A stretch of 64,000 nt of DNA, taken from NCBI GenBank assembly GCA_963771465.1, contig CAVYTU010000015.1:864001-928000 (forward strand), written 5' to 3'. Source of the stretch: an uncultured delta proteobacterium (GTDB taxonomy: Bacteria > Desulfobacterota > Binatia > UBA9968). Made by a program: the position numbers and the translations under genes. The notes under the pieces are model-generated. The model had not been told where the DNA came from, did not search any database, and saw only the letters and a list, made by a program, of their open reading frames with translations. Below are positions 39,491 through 49,717 of the stretch, piece after piece; positions within the stretch are counted from its first letter, which is position 1; every line of letters begins with the position of its first letter.

Positions 39491-39964
39491 TGGGTATACC
39501 TCAGTCAATCTGTCGCTACAGGTTCCACAAAAATTGCGGATGAAGGGCAAATTACACGAGTGTTGGATCAATACCAAGGCAAAATTTTGCGGGAATTTGA
39601 CTTATTGTGTCTTAGAACTGCCCGCTTTAGTGCGCGCCTCCAGCGTTGATGAATACTCCTCGAATGTCGTTGTTGGATCGACTTGCGGCACAATGCGCCG
39701 TTCGTGCATGATCTTTGCTACATCATCGAGCTAAATCATTGGTTCGTCGCGGTTCATGGCGGGAATTGGCGCTTGTTATGACGCTGGGTCGCATGACCGC
39801 ATAATTTTTACTTGGCGGATAGAAGCGCAATAAAGCACTGTGTACGAATCGTTCGCCGGGGGATGACATATCCGCACGAATTACGACGCTTTGGATCACC
39901 TGTCCTCTCGGTGGATTTACATAAGGCATTGTTGTGAGAAAGGCCACAATCCTAGGAAACAAGG

Positions 39965-42097
39965 ATGAATACTCAATCTTCCGCAGCGGAAAACATTGGC
40001 GAGATCCTGACCCACGAAGGGCTACTCAGCCGCGACCAATTGACGCATAGCTTAGAGATTCAAAAGCAACAGTTGCCGCCCCAGCCGCTCGGCAGGGTAT
40101 GCGTCAGTCTGGGTTTTGTCTCCGAGGCCGATCTAGCGACCGTTTTGGTCAAACACCGCCGGCGACTTCAACTCGGTGAGCTTTTGGTCCACCTCGGTTT
40201 GATCGGCGGCGATCAACTACACAAGATACTCGAATATCAAAAAAAATCTCATTCGAAAAAGAAGCTCGGGACTCTTTTGATTGAGATGGGGCTGATTGAC
40301 GATGCCGCCCTGATTCGCGCTTTGTACAAGCAATCGCAACAAGGCGACCCACCGGGAAAACGCACCGGAGGCAAGTTCGCTGCCTTGGTCATCTCCGGCC
40401 GACTGCAGCCGGATCAACTCGAAGCCATCATCAAGAAAGCCGAACGCGAACGGCGCCCGGTCGAAAACCTCTTGATGGAATAAAAAGATTTGACAAAACT
40501 CGAATTGGGCGCAGCATTGAGCGCGTATTATCAATGCCCGTTCCAAGAGTATGACGAGAAACTGCTGATTGATCCGGTCTGTGTGAGCGGGATCAATCCC
40601 CATTATCTCAAAACCAATTACTGGATCCCGCTACGCGTCACCGACAAAACCGTCGACGTGCTCATTGACGATCCCCACGCCCATGACCGGATTCAGGACA
40701 TCAAGCGTCTATTTCCGCACAAGCGAGTTAAGTGTCGCGTCGGTCTGCGCGAGGACATTCTCCAATACGTCAATAGCTTCAGCATGGACCCAAGCGGCGC
40801 ACTCGCACGCGTGTCCGTCACGACCATCCTCGGCCAACTCGATACCGAAGATGAAGACCCGGCGGAAAGCAAAGATGAACTTCTTATCAGTGAAAACGAC
40901 AGCGCCATTGTCCGCCTGGTCAACCAAGTGATCGCCGATGCCTGGAAGCAACGCGTCTCCGACATCCATATCGAACCCCAAGGCAGCGAACGAAAAACGC
41001 GTATCCGTTTTCGCGTCGACGGCCAATGCTTTGAATATTTGCAAGTACCCGCGAGTTATCGGCGCGCGCTGATTTCCAGACTCAAGATCATGGCTGGCTT
41101 GGATATATCGGAGCGACGTAAACCTCAGGATGGCAAATTTAAGTTTCAATTGGCCGACCGGGCCATCGAACTGCGCGTTGCCAGCGTCCCGACTGCCGGC
41201 ATCGGCAACGAAGATATCGTACTGCGCATCTTGGCTTCCCAAGAACCGATTCAACTGTCCCGTTTACAAATGACACCGCGCAATTTGACTGAGTGTCGCG
41301 CCCTGCTCGATAAACCCTACGGCATGATTCTGTGCGTTGGCCCAACGGGTTCGGGAAAAACCACTACGCTGCACTCGGCTCTGGGTGCGATCAATGTCCC
41401 CGCCCGAAAGATTTGGACTGCCGAAGACCCAGTGGAAATTACCCAGCCGGGTCTGCGCCAAGTGCAAATTAATCGCAAGATCGGTTTCGACTTCGCCGCC
41501 GCCATGCGGGCGTTCTTGCGTGCCGATCCCGACGTGATCATGGTCGGCGAGATCCGCGACCACGAAACCGCCGAAACCGCCGTTGAAGCATCGCTCACCG
41601 GCCACTTGGTCTTGAGTACGCTGCACACCAACAGCGCCGTCGAAACGGTTAATCGTCTGCTAGAAATGGGGGTCGACCGGTTCAACTTTGCCGACTCGCT
41701 GCTCGGCGTCTTGGCGCAACGCCTGGCGCGCACGCTGTGCCCGGACTGTAAACAGTCCTACCACCCACCCAAAGAAGAATACGATGCCCTAGCACGCGGC
41801 TATGGCGAGACCGCGTTCGCGCAATTGGAGTTTAAATACAACGATCAATTTTCGCTGTACCGCGCCAAAGGCTGCGCGGCTTGCCGCGAGACCGGCTACA
41901 AAGGTCGCATGGGTTTGCATGAACTGTTGTTGGTGACGGACGAATTCAAAAAGCTCATCCACGCGCGCGCAACGGTGGCGGACATGTTCAATCTGGCAAC
42001 CGCACAAGGAATGACCACATTGATGCAAGACGGCATTTTGAAAGTTCTCCAAGGCTACACCGATTACGCCCAAGTCCGAGCTGTGACGACACGGTGA
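39965..42097 (+). CDS. PilB/GspE-family secretion ATPase with tandem MshEN-like N-terminal repeats; in-frame TAA at 40481-40483
   Basis: SDIHIEP, RFRVDG, Walker A GPTGSGKT, TAEDPVE, Walker B IMVGEIRD, LSTLHTN, CPDC...CAAC. The two ORFs are in the same frame across a single stop. Confidence 0.88.
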
Positions 42098-42243
42098 TCA
42101 ATAAAGACGCTGCAAAGCTCGATTCCCTAGCTCCTTGCTGTTTCACTTTGTCGATGCAACCACCCTTCTTGAGTTCATCGAGTATCCCGGGCTCGTGGGA
42201 AAAGAATCCGATTTCAAGTCACCAACACGAGCCAGAACACGAA

Positions 42244-42684
42244 TCACGAATTAATGATCTCTTCATACGTCGGCGTCGGCATGCCCGGCTTCCAACTCTG
42301 ATCGCGCAATTCGATTCGATTGCCGCTGGGATCGAGCACGAAAAGCTGCCGGCCAGTAAAGAATCCGCCGGGACGGTAATCCACCGGCTCATGAATCTTG
42401 ATGCCAAGCTCGTGGAAAAGTTTACAGGCTTTGGTAAACATTTCGGCGCTGACATCGAAGGCATGATGCAAACGGCCATCTTGCTCGACGGTCCTGACGA
42501 GGGGTTCTTTGCGCTTACAGAGTAGAATGTTGTGGTTGCCGAGTTTGAAGCAGGACATCGGCGAATTGGCCAACCGCCCGACATGTTCCAAGCCAAGAAT
42601 CTCACCATAGAATTTTTCCGACTCTTCCAGATTGTTCACCGGGATCGACCAGTGCACCACGGCATCGAGTTTGAGCATGCCCAT
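42244..42684 (-). CDS. VOC/glyoxalase family protein
   Basis: VHWSIPV..LEESEKFYGEILGL, HHAF, FVLDPSGNRIEL. AAGGAG RBS. Confidence 0.9.
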   Translation of the reverse strand: MGMLKLDAVVHWSIPVNNLEESEKFYGEILGLEHVGRLANSPMSCFKLGNHNILLCKRKEPLVRTVEQDGRLHHAFDVSAEMFTKACKLFHELGIKIHEPVDYRPGGFFTGRQLFVLDPSGNRIELRDQSWKPGMPTPTYEEIINS

Positions 42685-42903
42685 AAGATTTCTCCTTTGA
42701 AACCTCACTTAACGCATTCACCATAAGCTGTCCACCTCACTAAGCAGATAGTGATTTGAGATAGAGACCGGGCACAGCTCTTCGCTTGATCTGTGCCACA
42801 ATTCTCTATCGTTATCTCATTTCTCGATCTCGAATCTCTCACCGCCCGATTGACTTCATTCGCTGTTTCCATCTACATTTGCGTCGCTCGAAGCGGAGGA
42901 CCT

Positions 42904-43869
42904 ATGGCGAATCGGACCATGACGATCGGCATGCGCGACTACGACCACACCCGCGCGTTGGCGGACGGCAGAGTCAAAATCGACGGCGTGGATCTCAAAT
43001 TCGTCAACATTACGCCGCCGTCGCAGATTTTTCTACGCATGCTGCACGACGAAGAATTCGACGCCTCGGAGATGTCGCTGTCGAATTTCATGATCGCCAT
43101 CGGCAAAGGCGATCGGCGTTTCGTCGCGCTGCCGGTTTTCCCGTCGCGCGTATTTCGCCACTCCTACATTTGGGTGAATACCAAAGCCGGGATTGCCAAG
43201 CCGGCAGATCTCAAGGGCAAGAGAGTCGGCATCGCGGATTACTCGATGACCGCGCTGTTGTTCGTGCGCGGCCTGTTGCAGCATGAGTACGGCGTCGCGC
43301 CCCAAGATATTCACTGGTTTCGCCGCCGCTCCGAGCATGTCGCCATCGACCTGCCGCCGGACATTCGCATCGACAACATCGCCAAGGATCAAACCCTCGA
43401 CGATCTGCTCGAATCCGGCGAGCTCGACGCCGTTGCCGTGACCTCGCCGCCGCGCGCGATTCTCAAAGGCTCGCCGCTCGTGCAACGGCTCTTCCCCGAC
43501 TGCCGCACGGTGGAAGCGGAGTATTACCGGCGGACAAAAATCTTTCCGATCATGCACATGGTCGTGCTCCGCCGGACCATTTACGAGCAGGACCCGTCGT
43601 TGGCGGCGCGCCTGACCCAAGGCTTTGAGTCCGCCAAGAAGTTAGCATTCGAAGGTTACGAAGAAGACTTAACCGCGCTGCCATGGACAAATCTGAATCT
43701 GGAATACGCGCGTCAGGTTCTAGGCCCCGACGTTTATCCATACGGTGTGAGAAACAACTCCGCCACACTCGAAGCCGCGACGCTTTACTCGCACGAGCAA
43801 GGGTTGACCAAAACCAAATTTGCCGTGAACGATTTATTTGCTCCAGAAACATCGGAATTATTTTCTTGA
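42904..43869 (+). CDS. 4,5-dihydroxyphthalate decarboxylase-like protein (periplasmic-binding-protein fold)
   Basis: DYDHTRAL, EFDASEMSLS, PVFPSRVFRHS, IFPIMH. No signal peptide. Confidence 0.82.
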   Translation: MANRTMTIGMRDYDHTRALADGRVKIDGVDLKFVNITPPSQIFLRMLHDEEFDASEMSLSNFMIAIGKGDRRFVALPVFPSRVFRHSYIWVNTKAGIAKPADLKGKRVGIADYSMTALLFVRGLLQHEYGVAPQDIHWFRRRSEHVAIDLPPDIRIDNIAKDQTLDDLLESGELDAVAVTSPPRAILKGSPLVQRLFPDCRTVEAEYYRRTKIFPIMHMVVLRRTIYEQDPSLAARLTQGFESAKKLAFEGYEEDLTALPWTNLNLEYARQVLGPDVYPYGVRNNSATLEAATLYSHEQGLTKTKFAVNDLFAPETSELFS

Positions 43870-43907
43870 AGGCGTAACGGAGTCTCGCTCACAAAACGCA
43901 GCAACCG

Positions 43908-44924
43908 CTATTTAATCTTCTTTCGCAACTCGCCTATGTAGCCACTGGTTTCCAGCGTGCGCACGAAGCTCGGGTCAATGATCTGATCGAGATCGACCTG
44001 AGCGATTTTCGGATTAACCCGAGCGACAATGCGTTGCACGATCCGAAACGCCGCAGGATTAGGCGCCAAGTCGAGGGTCGACATCAAGCGCAGCACTTTG
44101 TACGACGACTCGCCTTCGTCGGCTCTGGTCAGTCGAAGATTCTTCATCAAAGTCCTGGTCACCTCGGTCTTATTGGTGCCGTCGAGGATAAACGCCGTCG
44201 CTTCGGCGAGCCCCTTAGTCAGACGCAGGAAAAAATCCTGCCGGCTCGCCAGCACTTCTTTTAATGCGCAGATACTTGGTCCCTGGTACGGCGCCTTGAT
44301 CTCGGCGCCATCGACGAGTGAGCGAAAGCCGGCTTTAAGCGCCGCTTCGCTGAGGCCGTAGGTCATCGCGGCAACTTCGATGTTGCCGGCCAACAGCGCC
44401 TGCGTGATCACCGGGCCGTCGCCGATGACACGGATTTTCAGGCCATGCTTATCCGGATCGACGCCGAGATGATCCAAGATGATCATGGTTTGCAGCCAGA
44501 AGCCGCCGCCGATGCTCTGCACACCGACGACTCGGCCGCGCAATTCCTCGACGCTGGAGATTTCTTTGCGCACCACGAGCAAGCGCGGAATCTTGTTGAT
44601 CGCGCTGGCGATACAAGTGAGCTTGACGCCGCCCGACACCGTGCTCAAAATCGTCGACTGCGCGGGGTAAACCGCTTCGACTTCCTTGGCCACTAACGTG
44701 GCGATACTCAGCGCACCGTTGCGCACTTGAATCATCGACGCATCGATGCCGTATCTCTTGAAAATACCCTTGTCGATGCCGACCCACATTGGCGCCGCCG
44801 ATTCATTGTAACCGCCGTAAGAAACACGAAAGAGTTCCTGTGACTGAACCGGCGGGCTTCCAACCATCCAGCCGAGAAGAAAAACTTTGCCGATCACCGC
44901 GGCAATTCTCTTAAGGTACATCAT
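43908..44924 (-). CDS. ABC substrate-binding protein, NMT1/SsuA-like
   Basis: Signal peptide, GIFKRYGID, ELRGRVVGVQSIGGG, IIDPSFVRTLE. Confidence 0.88.
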   Translation of the reverse strand: MMYLKRIAAVIGKVFLLGWMVGSPPVQSQELFRVSYGGYNESAAPMWVGIDKGIFKRYGIDASMIQVRNGALSIATLVAKEVEAVYPAQSTILSTVSGGVKLTCIASAINKIPRLLVVRKEISSVEELRGRVVGVQSIGGGFWLQTMIILDHLGVDPDKHGLKIRVIGDGPVITQALLAGNIEVAAMTYGLSEAALKAGFRSLVDGAEIKAPYQGPSICALKEVLASRQDFFLRLTKGLAEATAFILDGTNKTEVTRTLMKNLRLTRADEGESSYKVLRLMSTLDLAPNPAAFRIVQRIVARVNPKIAQVDLDQIIDPSFVRTLETSGYIGELRKKIK

Positions 44925-45291
44925 TCGTCCTCGACGGTTGTTGAACTGGCCCGCCAGTGTTACTGCCGCACACTCGACTTGGCGATTCGCTTTTCAATGT
45001 TGCCATCAGCCTGCTGGTGTCCAACTTGCAGTCCATTGATTCGCACCGACCGACCCGCGAGCGCCAACCGTATCGCATATTTTAAATCCATTTTGATCAA
45101 GCGCTTTGAGCGATGCTTCGCCCATGCGAACCGGGAGCGACCCTAACAAAGCCTTCGCGCTAGTGTCAATTCCGCGTCATTGATATTCCACCGAACTGAC
45201 GAACCGTGGGCCACACTAAGGTGGCCCAATTGATCATCGTCCTACCACCGTCAACGTTTCACTTTTTCAAATCGTTGCCTTGTTAAAACGC

Positions 45292-45326
45292 AAAAGGCCC
45301 ATGTCTTTCGACACAGGCCTTTTTTT
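45292..45326. terminator. Bidirectional Rho-independent terminator
   Basis: AAAAGGCC...GGCCTTTTTTT hairpin with A and T tracts, downstream of pal. Confidence 0.75.
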
Positions 45327-45362
45327 GCGATTCGGACGATTGGCGATTATTCGCTCGACGAC

Positions 45363-45923
45363 TTACTTTGCCGCCGTCACCACGAAACGTCCGCGGCGAT
45401 TCTTCACCCAGCAATCTTCCGTTTTTTCTTTGCAAACGGGAATCTCTTCGCCGTAGCTGATCGTCGACATTCTGTTGGCGGCGATGCCGAGAGTGCCCAG
45501 ATAGTCCATCGCGGCCTGCGCGCGTTTGGAGCCGAGCGCCATATTGTATTCAGCCGTGCCGCGCTCGTCGCAGTGTCCTTCGATCTGGATACGCGATGAG
45601 CCATTGGCCTTGAGCCAATCCGCGTTGGCTCGCAAAGTCGCGCGGGCGTCTTCCGAAAGCGCTGCGCTATCGAAATTGAAACCGATATCTTTCATCGGCC
45701 CGCCGGTAGCCGACTCACCCCTTTGTAACGCGTCGAGGCTCGAAGAGGAACCCGGATCGGGTTTGGGTGGTGCCGGCGGTTTTGGCGGTGCCCCGGTGGA
45801 TGCACTGGGATTTTCTGCGGTCCACTTTGGCGGCGGTGGGTTAGCCGTCCCCCCGCAGGAAATTAGAAACGTCGCCGCCAATAAATTCACTCCATAGCGT
45901 AACAGCCGATTTTGCTCCCTCAT
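45363..45923 (-). CDS. pal: Peptidoglycan-associated lipoprotein (OmpA-like)
   Basis: Lipobox LISC, Pro-rich linker, IGFNFDS, IEGHCDERGTAEYNMALGSKRA, ISYGEE, NRR. Confidence 0.88.
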   Translation of the reverse strand: MREQNRLLRYGVNLLAATFLISCGGTANPPPPKWTAENPSASTGAPPKPPAPPKPDPGSSSSLDALQRGESATGGPMKDIGFNFDSAALSEDARATLRANADWLKANGSSRIQIEGHCDERGTAEYNMALGSKRAQAAMDYLGTLGIAANRMSTISYGEEIPVCKEKTEDCWVKNRRGRFVVTAAK

Positions 45924-46093
45924 GAATTCCACCTTTCCCGCTCCGTCACGAGCCGTTTTATGGACCGATTGTGAAGGATTGCGATTCACCTGTCAACTAT
46001 TTCGATGGTCAGAACGAGTTTATATCAATCGCTTATTAAGGTCACCAGGCTACAGCAAGTTCTCAATCCGACAAGATTTTCCGGGCCTACTCC

Positions 46094-47257
46094 CTAGGCT
46101 GCCGCGATCAACCGCACCCCGTAGAGCTTGGGTTGCGACACAACTAACCGGCGCCAGCTCGCTCCCGCATCGCTGCTCGCGTAGACCGAACCATCGGTAT
46201 AACCAACGCAAAGGGTGTTGGGGTCGTGTGGATGACCGGCAAAACCGCAGGTCATATGTTCGTGGCCGGCGGGCAGGCCGTCAGTCAATCGGTGCCAAGT
46301 CTTGCCGGCATCGTCGCTGCGAAGAATTTGTGTCTTGGCGCCACCGGTCTGCGCCGTCGCATTACGGCTAAACTTGACCGTATTATACGGTCCCGCGCGG
46401 ACTGTCCGGTAGCCGGCCCAAGTTGCCGGGCCATTTTCCGCCGCACCGAGAAAAATGCGCTCCGGCACGGATGGATGATTGGTCATCGGAATAGCGTAAG
46501 CGCGTCCCATGCCGTACTCGCATTTTGACCACGTCTTAGCGCCGTCATCGGTTCGATAAGTACCGATGCCTGTGCTAGCAAAAAGGGTTTCTAAGCGCGT
46601 CGGGTGACGGGTCACCCAGTGCACGTCGCGATAAACGCGTCCCTCTTCATGCTTGCCCATCTCGTAGGGCACGATACCAGCCGGATCGTTGACCTGCGGG
46701 TAAGCGGTCGGGCTCGCCGGTCCGCTGATGTCTTCCCAACTCGCGCCGCGGTCGCGGCTGCGCGCTACACCTCCCTCTTCGATGCCGACGATAATTTCGT
46801 CAGATACTCGTGCGTCAAGCACGATGGAACGAGCATGGGCGACGTGGGCTCCCGGCGGAAACGTCCACTTGTTGTAGTCCGGCAGCTCGCGAAAGGCGGA
46901 AAGTTCGCGGAACGACCGGCCGCCGTTTTCACTCACGTAAACAGCAGCCGGAAGTGTACCGACGTAAATCTCGTTGGGCCGAGTCGGATGCACCGCCATC
47001 GTCCAGATATCGCGGCGGTCGATGCCGCCGGACGGCAGCCACTGCCAAGTCGCACCGCCGTCTTCACTGACGTGTATCTCGGTCAAGGTCGCGGCGTATA
47101 ATTTTTTCGCATTGAAGGGATCGCGCGCCACCTCGCGCACCGTCTCGCCGTCCAAACCGCTGTTGAGAATCTCGACGTTCTCGGTGCGCCCATCCCAGCG
47201 GCAACGTAGCAGCCGATCCGCACTCAACAAAAACAGTTGCAAGCTTTCACCAACCAT
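46094..47257 (-). CDS. BNR/Asp-box beta-propeller protein
   Basis: Repeated SxDGGxTW motifs (SEDGGATW, SENGGRSF, SRDRGASW, TDDGAKTW, SDDAGKTW, SSDAGASW). Confidence 0.88.
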   Translation of the reverse strand: MVGESLQLFLLSADRLLRCRWDGRTENVEILNSGLDGETVREVARDPFNAKKLYAATLTEIHVSEDGGATWQWLPSGGIDRRDIWTMAVHPTRPNEIYVGTLPAAVYVSENGGRSFRELSAFRELPDYNKWTFPPGAHVAHARSIVLDARVSDEIIVGIEEGGVARSRDRGASWEDISGPASPTAYPQVNDPAGIVPYEMGKHEEGRVYRDVHWVTRHPTRLETLFASTGIGTYRTDDGAKTWSKCEYGMGRAYAIPMTNHPSVPERIFLGAAENGPATWAGYRTVRAGPYNTVKFSRNATAQTGGAKTQILRSDDAGKTWHRLTDGLPAGHEHMTCGFAGHPHDPNTLCVGYTDGSVYASSDAGASWRRLVVSQPKLYGVRLIAAA

Positions 47258-47401
47258 CGTTCACCTCCAAGCGTATCAACCTATCGATAGACGACTACTC
47301 GGATTGAAAATAGGGCAAGAGCCAAAGCACCGTCAAGCCCGTGACTAACGATTTGTTATTATCGCTGGAAATTTCGCCCACGCTTGGATTAGATTAGCGG
47401 C

Positions 47402-48283
47402 ATGGAAAAACGACCCGTCAAACCGCACAATCCGAATACGCACGCGCCGCGCTTCAAACTGCCGCTTGGCGCTTGCGATACCCATCTGCATATCTACGGT
47501 CCGTTCGACCGCTATCCGCTGGTCGAAGAGCGCGGCTACGACCCCGACCCGCGCTCGACCCTCGATGACTATCTCAACGTCCATCGCAAGCTCGGCTTGG
47601 AGCGCGCCGTGATCGTCACCGGCAGCGGCAACGGCACCAACAACCGCATCACCCTCGACGCCATCGCGCGCATGCAGGGAAAATTCAAAGGCGTCGCGTT
47701 GCTCGACCCGGCGATCAGCGATGCCGAGTTGCGCCAACTCAAGGACGGCGGCTTCACCGGGTTTCGCATCAAGGCGGAAGGCCGAGGCGGCTTTTCATAC
47801 GACGACGCCCAGCGCATGGTCGCGCGCAGCGCCGGCTTCGGCTGGCATATCGAGTTCATGCCGCAATCAATGGCCGAGGTGATCGCCGGAGTGCCGTTTC
47901 TGAATTCGCTCAAAGTCCCTTATCTCATCGATCATGTGGCTCACGCCGAACCACACATGACAAGCGACGATCATGAATTCAAAGAACTGCTGCGAATTCT
48001 CAAAAACGAAGAGCACGCCTGGATCAATCTCTATAGCTTTTACCAATTGTCAGAAGCCGGCCCGCCCGATTACAGCGATATGATCGGCGTCGTTCAGGCC
48101 ATCGCCGCCAACCGCTCCGATGATATCGTCTGGGGCAGCAACTGGCCCCACGGCGGCGTGAGCGTGCCAATCCCCAACGACGGCGACTTGGTCGATTTCC
48201 TGCTAGCCGCAGTACCGGACGAAAAAACCCGCAACGCGATACTCGCCGACAATCCGGCAAAACTCTACGGCTGGCCCGATTGA
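47402..48283 (+). CDS. Amidohydrolase, 2-pyrone-4,6-dicarboxylate lactonase (LigI)-like
   Basis: LPLGACDTHLHIYGP, LIDH, WGSNWPH, ILADNPAKLYG. Confidence 0.88.
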   Translation: MEKRPVKPHNPNTHAPRFKLPLGACDTHLHIYGPFDRYPLVEERGYDPDPRSTLDDYLNVHRKLGLERAVIVTGSGNGTNNRITLDAIARMQGKFKGVALLDPAISDAELRQLKDGGFTGFRIKAEGRGGFSYDDAQRMVARSAGFGWHIEFMPQSMAEVIAGVPFLNSLKVPYLIDHVAHAEPHMTSDDHEFKELLRILKNEEHAWINLYSFYQLSEAGPPDYSDMIGVVQAIAANRSDDIVWGSNWPHGGVSVPIPNDGDLVDFLLAAVPDEKTRNAILADNPAKLYGWPD

Positions 48284-48357
48284 ACCTGGAACCTTAAGCA
48301 AATCAACTTTTTTGAACGGCTTGAAAGTTGGAAGCTTAGAACTAAGGAGTTGAAGTT

Positions 48358-49081
48358 ATGTACGGTTGGCGCGCTCGCATCGGTCATGTCGCTCCATCGC
48401 GCGGCGATACTTTGGTTTATGAGTTTTACAAAATGTTTCCCGAAGGCTTCATGATGCTCAACACCACCGGCAGCGTGCGCCAGCTGGTCGACGGTGATTT
48501 TGAAAAGCAGCTCAGCCGCATTGAAGAAGCGGTGCAAGATTTAGTCGACAACAATTGCGACTCGATTATTTTCAGCGGCTCGCCGCTTTTCACCCGCTTG
48601 CCCTTCGGCGCCGACCGCGACCTCGGCAAGAAATTATCCGACAAATTCGGCGTCCCCGTCGCCGCTGGGTTGACCGCGGAAGTCGAAGCGTTGAAAGCGA
48701 TGAACTGCCAGAAGCTCGTCGTCGGCACGCCCTACGAGGACGAGATTAACCAGCGGCTCAAACGCCACCTAGAACGGTGCGGCTTCGATCCTGCAGATCG
48801 CCGGCTACGGTGTGCGCAAGAACTCCCAGCTCACCGACCTGCCGGTGCACGCGTCGTATAAGATCGCCAAGCGGCTCTACGCCAAAGGGCGCGACGCCGA
48901 CGGCATCTTCATCCCCTGCCCGCGCTGATCGACGATTACTGATGTCCAGCTCCTGGAAGACGAAATCGGCAAGCCGGTGATCACCAGCAGTCTGGCCTGC
49001 ATCTGGTACGCCTTAAAACTGGTCGACATCAAGGAAATCGTGAAAGGTTACGGCCGTTTGATGGAAAGTTTGGGAAACTAG
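48358..49081 (+). pseudogene. Maleate isomerase/arylmalonate decarboxylase (Asp/Glu racemase superfamily); frameshift ~48788 and TGA at 48926
   Basis: YGWRARIG, GTPY, then in a shifted frame DADGIFIPCPR-stop-...EIGKPVITSS...GYGRLM. Confidence 0.8.
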
Positions 49082-49172
49082 CTAGTCCGAGCCGATGAAG
49101 GCGCGAAAAATTTATAGCTATCTTCGGAACGGATCGTCTAAACTACGCAGGAACCACAAAGGAGGAAGTTAT

Positions 49173-49640
49173 ATGGCATGGATAAAAGCAGCGTTATTGA
49201 CTGGTTTTTTGAGCATCCTGATGATGGATAGCGTTCCCGAGGCGACCGCCGCGGATCGAGACCGGGGTCGCCCTAGTAGCTGCCGGCGCGGGGAGCGTTT
49301 AAACATCCAAGATCTCGACATGTTGCCCGATCCTGTGATCGACGGGCAGCGCGTTCGCGCCTGGAAGGTGCGCATCAATTTCGCCGGTCAGCGCGAGTGC
49401 GACACCAATATTATTGTCCGCGAAGGCAATAACGTCGTCGGCCAAGCCCGGGACTTCAAAATGCGCCCTGGCGAGAACGCGGTCGAGATTCCCGCCGCCG
49501 ACAGCTTCCGCTTCCGCGGACGCGAGACCTGCTTCAATGTCCAGGTCGATCTCGAAGGTTCGCGCCAGCAGGTCGATGCCGATCGCCGCTTCTGCGCGCG
49601 CCAACGCACCACGTGGAGCATGAGTGAAGCCACGAAATAG
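49173..49640 (+). CDS. Secreted hypothetical protein (predicted beta-rich, four Cys)
   Basis: AAAGGAGG RBS, signal peptide, typical codon usage. Confidence 0.8.
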   Translation: MAWIKAALLTGFLSILMMDSVPEATAADRDRGRPSSCRRGERLNIQDLDMLPDPVIDGQRVRAWKVRINFAGQRECDTNIIVREGNNVVGQARDFKMRPGENAVEIPAADSFRFRGRETCFNVQVDLEGSRQQVDADRRFCARQRTTWSMSEATK

Positions 49641-49672
49641 ATGATGGAAGTATCCATGCAGAATTGAGAGCT

Positions 49673-49708
49673 GAGATAGAGAGGGTCTCTTTGACTTCTC
49701 TCTATCTC
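49673..49708. terminator. Hairpin between convergent genes
   Basis: GAGATAGAGAGGGTC pairs with GACTTCTCTCTATCTC. Confidence 0.5.
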
Positions 49709-49717
49709 TGTCTCACT

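Noticed and set aside
39600-39960. Short minus-strand ORFs between the deacetylase fragment and the ATPase
   Set aside because: Interrupted by stops with no recognisable homology; cannot be supported.
44925-45290. Small ORFs in the long intergenic region upstream of the SBP
   Set aside because: About 40 aa, with no clear RBS and no motif.
48926-48928. In-frame TGA in the isomerase-like gene as selenocysteine
   Set aside because: The catalytic Cys is already present three codons earlier, the position fits Trp (TGG), and the gene has another lesion.
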